Assembly (NCBI GenBank): GCA_038872815.1
Contig: JAVZFM010000003.1
Location: 1-24,000 of the forward strand
Reading direction: 5' to 3'
Origin: Candidatus Bathyarchaeia archaeon
GTDB taxonomy: Archaea; Thermoproteota; Bathyarchaeia; 40CM-2-53-6; JAVZFM01
DNA length: 24,000 nucleotides
Within the stretch, counting starts at the first letter, position 1, and each line of letters opens with the position of its first letter. The notes beneath the pieces were generated by a model, which saw nothing but the letters and a program-made list of their open reading frames with translations, did not search any database and was not told the DNA's origin. Shown piece after piece: positions 17,035 to 23,725 of this stretch. The translations under genes were made by a program, and so were the position numbers.

Positions 17035-17574
17035 TTGTATGAAGAACTTTATAAAGTTTGGATAGGAGAAAAAAACAATCCAAAATTACAAGCTATTCCA
17101 AAGAATTTTTATGAACGCTTACATGATTATTTTTCAAGATTAAATCTAGAGCTATCAAGCAAAGATAAAAACTCTATTCAGTATATTTTCTTAAAAAAAG
17201 AGCTAGAAAATGGAAAAAAACTTGTCCTAAATCTTTTGAATAAAAGGTTTATTAAAATTCTAACTTCATTTATTGAAGGTGAAGTTATAGATTCTAACTT
17301 GCTTACAAATGAGGAAAAAGCTTTATGTAAAAATTTAAGCAATTTAAAGGATGTTTACGAAAAAATTAAAGCTTATATTTTAAGCGAGAATGCTAACTTA
17401 AGTATCCCAAAGAAAAGAATGTTAGTACGATTTATTTCTGATACACCAGCCATAATCGGAATAGACTTAAGAAGTTATGGACCTTTTAAAGCTGAAGATG
17501 TAGCAAATTTACCAATTGAAAACGCTAAAGTATTAATCAAGCAAGGTGTTGCTATCGAAATAAAAGCAGACTAG
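17035..17574 (+). CDS. gins51: GINS complex subunit Gins51 (Gins15)
   Basis: 179 aa. N-terminal (M)YEELYKVWIGEK...LQAIPKNFYERLHDYF resembles the GINS A-domain. Sits immediately downstream of priS, the arrangement described for Sulfolobus Gins15. TTG start. Confidence 0.65.
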   Translation: MYEELYKVWIGEKNNPKLQAIPKNFYERLHDYFSRLNLELSSKDKNSIQYIFLKKELENGKKLVLNLLNKRFIKILTSFIEGEVIDSNLLTNEEKALCKNLSNLKDVYEKIKAYILSENANLSIPKKRMLVRFISDTPAIIGIDLRSYGPFKAEDVANLPIENAKVLIKQGVAIEIKAD

Positions 17575-17657
17575 GCAAAATTTTCTATCCTTTTTCATTA
17601 TTGTGTAACAAGCCTAAATGCATGAATATTATTAATTAATTACAAAGCCTTTATGGA

Positions 17658-17990
17658 TTTGAAGGCTTGGAGAAGAGGAGGATGCTTAAAGGCTCAAGGG
17701 AGCATAATAGAAACATTTTTAAGGCGGATCCTATAAATTCAAGATAATGATCCTCAACCATAAAATACATCTAAAATGTGTCCCAGATATGGGATGGTGA
17801 ATGCCAAAAAAGAGCATTCTATGAATGCAAATATGAGTTGATGATAAATAGGCAATTGAATGCAAGTATAAACCTATACCTTCGGATGGAGGAGCTAAGT
17901 CTGAGGCTCTTTCTTTAGCGAGCTTATGAAGGCTTGGAGCGGGTTAATCCTGACTGGGAAGAGGCTGATGAGGCTTTAATGAACTCATGA
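17658..17990 (+). pseudogene. Decayed C-terminal remnant of a TnpB-like (IS200/IS605 OrfB, RuvC/Zn-ribbon) gene
   Basis: One frame reads FEGLEKRRMLKGSREHNRNIFKADPINSR**SSTIKYI*NVSQIWDGECQKRAFYECKYELMINRQLNASINLYLRMEE...*...YEGLERVNPDWEEADEALMNS*. Two parts match the TnpB pattern V.VDP.YTSQ -(~30 aa)- F.C..CG...DRD.NAA.NI: ADPINS, then 29 positions later FYECKYELMINRQLNASINL. Several in-frame stops are present, the catalytic Asp and a Cys are replaced, and the N-terminal ~3/4 is missing. Confidence 0.45.
17661..17939 (+). repeat. 12-nt direct repeat GAAGGCTTGGAG (17661-17672 and 17928-17939) inside the non-coding gap
   Basis: An exact 12-mer occurs twice, 267 nt apart, bracketing the TnpB-like remnant. 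It encodes (F/Y)EGLE in the same frame both times. Confidence 0.5.
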
Positions 17991-18067
17991 GGAGCTATAA
18001 GAGTTATATACGTTTATCAAAGAACTATGTAGCTCAGAACCCTATTAACTTTAGCCTAGAAGAGAAT

Positions 18068-18080
18068 AAGTTTATAAATC
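18068..18080 (+). promoter_or_regulatory. BRE/TATA-like promoter element upstream of rpl44e
   Basis: AAGTTTATAAATC, about 45 nt before ATG 18122. Confidence 0.4.
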
Positions 18081-18121
18081 TTTGAGTACTTTAAAAACAT
18101 TAAATAGTAAAGTGATTGTTA

Positions 18122-18400
18122 ATGAAAATTCCAAAAAGCATCAGAACCTATTGTCCTAAATGCAATTCTCATACTGAGCATACGGTATCGATTTATAAAA
18201 AAGGAAAAGAAAGAGCTTTAGCTATAGGAGTTAGACGTCATGAAAGGGAGAAACATGGCTATGGTGGCCAAAAATGGCCTGAGTTAAAAAGAACTGCAAA
18301 AACTACAAAAAAACAATTGGCTAAGCTAAAGTGTAAAGTTTGTGGATATATAGTCAAAAGGTTTGGAATAAGACTAAAGAAATTAACAATGGAATCTTAA
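18122..18400 (+). CDS. rpl44e: 50S ribosomal protein L44e (eL42)
   Basis: MKIPKSIRTYCPKCNSHTEHTVSIYKKGKE...GYGGQ...CKVCGY, an L44e zinc-ribbon protein. ATG 18122 is preferred over the in-frame TTG at 18116. Confidence 0.92.
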   Translation: MKIPKSIRTYCPKCNSHTEHTVSIYKKGKERALAIGVRRHEREKHGYGGQKWPELKRTAKTTKKQLAKLKCKVCGYIVKRFGIRLKKLTMES

Positions 18401-18507
18401 AAGCCTAATATCCTTTTAAACCTTCTTTTAAGGAAAAATTGTATGCTTTTTCTATGAATTTCTTGTATCAAAAAAGCGATAAAAAAGGATAGAAATCTTT
18501 GAGAAAA

Positions 18508-19722
18508 ATGAAAAGCCTTGATGTACTCACTATTGGCGCAGGTCCATGCGGTTCATTTACAGCTTTTAAAATAGCATCTCAAGGTTTTAAAGTCATTTTA
18601 TGCGAAGAACATGAGGAAGTGGGAGTGCCCACTCATTGTGCAGGTCATGTAAGTATAGATGGATTTAAGAGAATAGGCATAAATATACCAAGAAACGTTA
18701 TTCAAAATGAAATTTATGGAGCAATACTTTACTCTCCTAAAGGAAAAGAGCTTATAATAGAACGTAAAAAACCTGTTTCCCTTGTTATCGATAGAGCTTA
18801 TTTTGATAAGTATCTTTCTATGCTTGCTGTTAATAAAGGGGCTCAACTTTTATTGAATACTAGGGTAGAATCTTTGTTATTCGAGAAAAATTTTATAAAA
18901 GCAATTACAATAGCTAATGGAAAAAGAATGGAAATATTCCCAAAATTGGTTATAAATGCTGAAGGCTCAAGTAAGATAGTTTTAAGGAAAAGTGGGATTC
19001 TAGAGTCTAAAAAATTCGATTGCGTAATTGGAGTAAATGCTTTAATGGAGAATGTTGAACCATTCGATGAAAAAATCGTAGAATTATACTTTAGCCAAAA
19101 ATATGCTCCAAATTTTTTTGGGTGGGTAATTCCAATAAAAAATGGAATGGCAAAAGTAGGTTTAGGAGTCTCAAAAGGAAATCCTTTAAAACTTTTTAAA
19201 CTCTTTATAAAAAAACATCCTATAGCAAGTAAAAAGCTTAAAAAATCAAAAACATTACACTTAAACATGCATCCAATTCCATTAGAAGGTGGAATAGCAA
19301 AAACTTATCATGATTATTTGTTAATAGTTGGAGATGCTGCTTCCCAAGTTAAACCAACTACTGGAGGAGGGATAACTTTTGGGCTTATTTGTTCAAGTAT
19401 GGCTAGTGAAGTTGCTTGCAATGCTCTTAAATCCAATGATTGCTCACAAAAGTTTTTAGCAGATTACCAAAAGCTATGGAAAAAAAGTATAGGCTTAGAT
19501 CTATACTTTATGAAAAAATTTAGGGAATTCATGGCTTATCTTTCTAATGAGGAAATCGATAAAATAATTCAAAAAGCATCAATGCTTAATTTAGAGAATT
19601 TTATAAGCAAGATTGGAGATATGGATTATCAAGGAAGAGCATTTCTTAAAGCCTTATGGCATCCTTCAATTCTAGCATTTTTATTATACTTAATTTTCAA
19701 AAAGTTTAGCAATAAGTTTTAA
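18508..19722 (+). CDS. Geranylgeranyl reductase-family FAD-dependent oxidoreductase
   Basis: DVLTIGAGPCGS dinucleotide-binding motif, THCAGHVS, and VGDAASQVKPTTGGGI, as in digeranylgeranylglycerophospholipid reductase relatives. ATG 18508 (MKSLDVL) is preferred; TTG 18499 is an alternative. Confidence 0.8.
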   Translation: MKSLDVLTIGAGPCGSFTAFKIASQGFKVILCEEHEEVGVPTHCAGHVSIDGFKRIGINIPRNVIQNEIYGAILYSPKGKELIIERKKPVSLVIDRAYFDKYLSMLAVNKGAQLLLNTRVESLLFEKNFIKAITIANGKRMEIFPKLVINAEGSSKIVLRKSGILESKKFDCVIGVNALMENVEPFDEKIVELYFSQKYAPNFFGWVIPIKNGMAKVGLGVSKGNPLKLFKLFIKKHPIASKKLKKSKTLHLNMHPIPLEGGIAKTYHDYLLIVGDAASQVKPTTGGGITFGLICSSMASEVACNALKSNDCSQKFLADYQKLWKKSIGLDLYFMKKFREFMAYLSNEEIDKIIQKASMLNLENFISKIGDMDYQGRAFLKALWHPSILAFLLYLIFKKFSNKF

Positions 19723-19729
19723 TAAACTA

Positions 19730-19762
19730 CTTTAAAGCCTCTAGTGTTTAAAGGAGTTTTTT
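19730..19762 (+). terminator. Hairpin plus oligo-T after the geranylgeranyl reductase-family gene
   Basis: CTTTAAA (19730-19736) pairs with TTTAAAG (19747-19753) around a 10-nt loop, followed by GAG and TTTTTT (19757-19762). Confidence 0.35.
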
Positions 19763-19800
19763 ATTTATTAGCTTAAGAGGTTTATATGCATTAGTTTGCT

Positions 19801-20799
19801 TTATAACATCTTTAACGAAGGAATGACTTCATCTTTGAGTATAGAATACACTTGATTCTCTTTTCCAGATGGTATTATGATTACAATTCCATCCACGCCA
19901 TTTTTTACAAGTTCTTTAGCATTTTCAATACATGCATCTGTTGTATTCACAATTGGGTATATTTTCATTATCTCATCTGTTACTAACTCAATAGCTTCTG
20001 AAACTTTCTTGCATTTTTTAATCTTTTTAATTGTATTCATTATTCTTGAATCAACTTAAAGCATCTCTAGAATAGAGTTAGGTGTATCAATTATAGCATT
20101 CGCCACTCTTAACTTTAAAAACTTTTTAAATTCTTCATTAAGCATAGGGTTAAGTTCTATCCCTCCATATATTTTGATTTCCTCTAGCTTTCTTCCAGCT
20201 TTATAAGCACCTTTTTTTATTTGATCTATCACAAAATTCGATGAACTTGAAGGCATAAGTCCATAAAATACGCCATCTGCTAACATACCTGCAGTTTGTA
20301 GTATTTGAGGACCCCTTCCAACTATAAATATCGGTATGGATTTCCTAATAGGGTTGAATAAAAGTTGAGCTTCTTTAAGCTTAAACATTTTTCCATCGTA
20401 ATCGACTATTTCTCCTCTAATCAAGCGCTTACATATTTCAATAGTCTCTTTTATGGCGCTTATCGGTTTATTCCACATTGTAATACATAAGGGTTTAAGC
20501 GTTAGCGAACCACCAGGGCATAAACCAAGTTCTACTCGACCATTCTAGATTTCATCAAGAGTTGCTACTGCAGAAGCTATAATTGCTGGGTGGCGAGTAT
20601 AAGGATTAGTTATGAAGAATAGCTTAATTATATCCGTTTTCATTGCAATAGCTGAAAGAATGGAAAATACATCTCTAAATGAGAAGTCATCAGCATACAT
20701 TATGAAGTTAAAGCCAATTTCTTCTATCATTCTTACATATTTTATTAAATCTTGAAATGTTCCTTTGTATGCAATTAAGCTTATCCCTAATTCCAGCAT
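19801..20799 (-). pseudogene. LLM-class (luciferase-like / F420- or flavin-dependent) oxidoreductase, one 333-codon frame interrupted by in-frame TAG and TAA
   Basis: Track ORFs 20545..20799, 20056..20478 and 19801..20040 lie in a single frame. Stops: TAG (complement of 20545-20547) in ...ATLDEI*NGRVELGLCPGG..., and TAA (complement of 20056-20058) in ...NSILEML*VDSRIMNTI.... Homology (TNPYTRHPAIIASAVATLDEI, IPIFIVGRGPQILQTAGMLADG) continues across the TAG without any frameshift; the TAA is also in frame. Confidence 0.75.
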
Positions 20800-20813
20800 T
20801 TTTCATTCCTAAT

Positions 20814-21863
20814 TCATTCTTTGAAGCTTTGGATTATCTTTTCTCCAAAAAGTTTAAGAAATTTTCCTGATTCTCCCCATTCTTTTCGCATTATTGGTAT
20901 TATCTGAGTAATCCCCGCCTTCTTTAGTTTTTCTACTTCACTAATGCATTCCTCGATACTCCCTACTATACAGTATGCATCAACCATTTTATCTAACAAT
21001 TTATCGTTTACAAATTTTTGAGCTTTTGTAAAATTGTACTCATGTATTTCCTTTCTTATTGGATTTAGTTCCTCTATTGTAAAGCCTAATGCATCAGCCC
21101 ATTCTAATGTCCATTCTCCACCAACGAAAACAGTTAGTAATGGTCTTAAAATCTTTTTGGCTATTAACATATCTTTTTTTGACCTTATTATCATGAAAGG
21201 TAAAACTATTCCTATTTCTATATCTTTTAGCCTTCTTCTAACAATTTTAGCGCCCTTGCTAATATGATCGATCATACGCTGTACATACATCAAGGTTTTG
21301 CCATGAGTTAATGTGCCGTTGCATAGTTCTCCAACAAGTTTAAATTTCGATCCTCTAGTAGCTAGATATATTGGTATATCCTTCCTTGTAACATAATGAA
21401 GTCTCACATCTTTAAGATAAAAGAATTTTCCGTTATAGTTTACAGATTTGCCTTTCCATAATGCTTTTATTACTTAAATAGCTTCTCTACAAATCGCTAA
21501 AGGTTTTTTCGCATTTATACCAAGTTTAACTGTTGCCTCGTACCCTGCAGAGCACAACCCAGCAACAACTCTACCATTTGAGATTTTGTCTACTAAAGCT
21601 ATAGCTGATGCTATACACACTGGATGCCTTAAGTATACGCTATTAGCACAAGGAGCAAGCTTAATTTTCTTTGTTTGTGTAGCTGCATATGCTAAAGCAG
21701 AGCATGAATCTATGTAAGCATGATCAGCACTAAGCCAAAGATAATCAAAACCTAATTTTTCTGCAAGTTTTGAATGCTTGCTACATTCTTCTATAGGAGG
21801 TATCATTATACCAAACTTCAAAAATTGACACCTTCTAAAATCATTAAGAAACTGATGACCCAT
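20814..21863 (-). pseudogene. LLM-class oxidoreductase paralogue, 350-codon frame interrupted by one in-frame TAA
   Basis: Track ORFs 21474..21863 and 20814..21407 are in the same frame. TAA (complement of 21474-21476) falls in ...CREAI*VIKALWKGKSVNYNGKFFYLKD..., where the neighbouring paralogue has GAA (KETIEICKRL). Motifs: LRHPVCIASAIALVDKISNGRV, IPIYLATRGSK. Confidence 0.75.
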
Positions 21864-22008
21864 TTAAGTTTTGGAATAACCTTCGCTTATATGGATATTC
21901 GAAAAAAATAAAAAGGAGAGAAGATACATTTTTGCTCATATCTATATATGGCTAAATCATATAATTTTAAACTTATGATGATAACTTATTTTAAAAAAGG
22001 GGCATTCT

Positions 22009-23106
22009 ATGAATAGTAAAAACAATACTAATTCAAAACTGTCTTTAAAACAAAGCTTAATCTTCATTGGACCCTTTATTCTAGGTTTAATTATACTTTT
22101 ACTCTTTATTTATTTCATGAATTTTTGGAATATAGTTAATACAGTTAAAGTTCTTCCTTTAAATATTTTACTTATAGCATTTTTGCTTAATGGATTGGGG
22201 CTATTGCTTTATGGATTAGCTTGGCACCTTTTACTAAAAGCCTCTGGAAGTTTTATTAGGTTTAAAGTATGCTTAGGATCTGCTTTGGCGGCTATATTTA
22301 TGTACTACTTAATGCCAAGTGGATTTTTCCTTGAAGCAGTACGCGTGATGATTGCAGAAAAAGAAGCTAAAGTTAAAGTAGGCATAGGAACAGCTACAGT
22401 GGTTATGCATAGAATTCTTTTCCTATTTGGTTTTATTATTTATGGAATTTTAAGCATGCTTATGCTAACGCTAGAGTTTCATATATCTATACATGTATTC
22501 CAAAAATATCTCATTGTAATTGGAGCACTTTTATTTGGGGCTACAGCAGCATTTTATATGCCATTTAACACTTCAATAATCGACAAGCTAGTCCAATACA
22601 CTTTAAATAAAATAAAGCCTTTTGTTCTAAAGTTTCTTTTAAGAAATGGATATGAATCTAAACTAGATCAAATAGAGAATTTTCTAAGAGACTTCAAAGA
22701 AGGGTTTAAAAGTTTAATTGAAAATAAACTTTATTTAGTTTTATCATTTTTTATGATACTTGGCTATTGGATTACATCAGTTTTAATAATGTTTTTAATG
22801 TTTAAGGGTTTAAATTATGAGGTTCCAATATGGATTCCTATGTTTGCAATGGTTGTTGGAGATTTGATCCAAATGACTCCAATAATTATTCCTGGTATGC
22901 TTGGAATATTTGAAGCTACAATCTCAATAGTGTTAAGTAGTTTTAAAATTCCGATTAACATTGCTGCCTCTGTTACCTTGCTTTCAAGAATAGCAACTTT
23001 TTGGTTTGATATACCTATTACTGGTATTGCTGCAATATATTTTGGAACAAAATACATGGGAAAGACCTTTTTAAAGTTAAACAAAAATCTTTTTGAAAAC
23101 GTTTAA
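22009..23106 (+). CDS. Polytopic membrane protein, UPF0104 / lysylphosphatidylglycerol-synthase-TM-like (flippase-like) family
   Basis: 365 aa with about 8 hydrophobic segments. The N-terminal basic/polar stretch followed by a TM segment, and the overall architecture, resemble the TIGR00374/UPF0104 family. Family assignment is from memory. Confidence 0.5.
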   Translation: MNSKNNTNSKLSLKQSLIFIGPFILGLIILLLFIYFMNFWNIVNTVKVLPLNILLIAFLLNGLGLLLYGLAWHLLLKASGSFIRFKVCLGSALAAIFMYYLMPSGFFLEAVRVMIAEKEAKVKVGIGTATVVMHRILFLFGFIIYGILSMLMLTLEFHISIHVFQKYLIVIGALLFGATAAFYMPFNTSIIDKLVQYTLNKIKPFVLKFLLRNGYESKLDQIENFLRDFKEGFKSLIENKLYLVLSFFMILGYWITSVLIMFLMFKGLNYEVPIWIPMFAMVVGDLIQMTPIIIPGMLGIFEATISIVLSSFKIPINIAASVTLLSRIATFWFDIPITGIAAIYFGTKYMGKTFLKLNKNLFENV

Positions 23107-23338
23107 AATTGTACATGCTTTAGCCATAAATAAAAACAAAGCTATAGAGGCAAAGAAAATGCCTAATTTATAGGAGGATCAAACACATAGATATATAGTG
23201 TATAATATCTATGAATTTGCTTAAAAAACTTATAAGGCTCTCATAATTTTATAGTATCTCTTAAAAACTTCAACAAGTAAAAAAGAAACAAAGCTTAGAA
23301 GAAAATTAGTCTAATTCAAAAGCTTAAGGCAGATCTAT

Positions 23339-23722
23339 ATGGGTTATACGCTTATTATTGCAGAAAAACCTCAAGCTACAGAAAGAATAGTTCAAGCTTT
23401 AGCAGATGGAAAGCCTAAAAGAATAGAAAAAAGAAGAGCTTATTATTTTGAGTTTATAAGAAATGGAAAAAAACATATATGTGTTCCAGCAGTTGGGCAT
23501 TTATTTTTTCTTGATGAGGTAGAAAAGAATAAGTGCAATTATCCAATATTTTCATACAATTGGGTACCAACTTACATAAAAAGAGTCTTAAAGTGGACAA
23601 GGAAATATTTTGAAAATATTGGTGAATTGGCAAAAGATACTAATGAATTCATAGATGCCGCAGATTTTGATAATAAGCTTGTATTGGAAATACAAGCTTT
23701 AGAACATATGTTAAATAAATAG
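23339..23722 (+). CDS. Truncated paralogue of the topoisomerase IA TOPRIM N-terminus (127 aa; possibly a decaying duplicate)
   Basis: LIIAEKPQATERIVQALA...YYFEFIRNGKKHICVPAVGHLFFLD parallels the N-terminus of the downstream gene (ILTEKPDASRRIAEALA...YYEFKKNGKKHIVVCAVGHLFNLD). The acidic DxD/EGE cluster is degenerate (DAADFDNK) and the ORF stops just after it. Confidence 0.55.
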   Translation: MGYTLIIAEKPQATERIVQALADGKPKRIEKRRAYYFEFIRNGKKHICVPAVGHLFFLDEVEKNKCNYPIFSYNWVPTYIKRVLKWTRKYFENIGELAKDTNEFIDAADFDNKLVLEIQALEHMLNK

Positions 23723-23725
23723 GTG

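Noticed and set aside
17835-18000. C/D-box sRNA candidates (TGATGA at about 17839 and 17965; CTGA at about 17900, 17950 and 17964)
   Set aside because: Box spacing does not fit the C-guide-D'-C'-guide-D architecture: about 58 nt separate the first C-like box from the next CTGA, and there is no terminal CTGA after the second. No terminal stem is present. The matches look incidental within the TnpB-like remnant.
18025-18045. tRNA-like D-arm string GTAGCTCAGAAC
   Set aside because: No acceptor stem, anticodon arm or GTTC-type T-arm can be built around it. It is at most a fragment, and probably chance.
17575-18115. SRP RNA or RNase P RNA in the GC-elevated gap
   Set aside because: I could not find the conserved RNase P CR-I (GAGGAAAGTCC-like) element or SRP helix-8 motifs. 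The protein-remnant reading (TnpB-like) explains the composition better. Only a covariance-model scan could exclude this fully.
20545-20547. In-frame TAG in LLM gene A as a pyrrolysine codon
   Set aside because: The paralogue has an ordinary Ser at this conserved motif position. The other two interruptions are TAA, which Pyl cannot explain. TAG terminates well-supported genes here (dys, trmJ-like). No pyl genes are visible in the window.
19801-21863. Alternative genetic code (stop-codon reassignment) to rescue the LLM genes
   Set aside because: TAA, TAG and TGA each end conserved genes at the expected protein lengths throughout the window, so the standard code applies.
1531-22000. Antisense or internal track ORFs: 1531..1728(-), 2887..3174(-), 4709..4915(-), 4942..5292(-), 5280..5471(-), 6743..6955(-), 7030..7215(-), 8857..9132(-), 15224..15436(-), 16089..16277(-), 18598..18846(-), 18843..19268(-), 19877..20059(+), 21034..21267(+); 22815..23084(-) is a further one just beyond this span
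   Set aside because: Each lies wholly inside, and opposite to, a strongly supported conserved gene. Their translations are biased (F/S/L/I/N-rich) as expected from reverse-reading AT-rich coding sequence. No motifs were recognised.
21975-22045. ATGATGA upstream of the membrane-protein gene as a C-box of an sRNA
   Set aside because: No matching D box (CTGA) lies at the appropriate distance. The region overlaps the start of a well-defined ORF.
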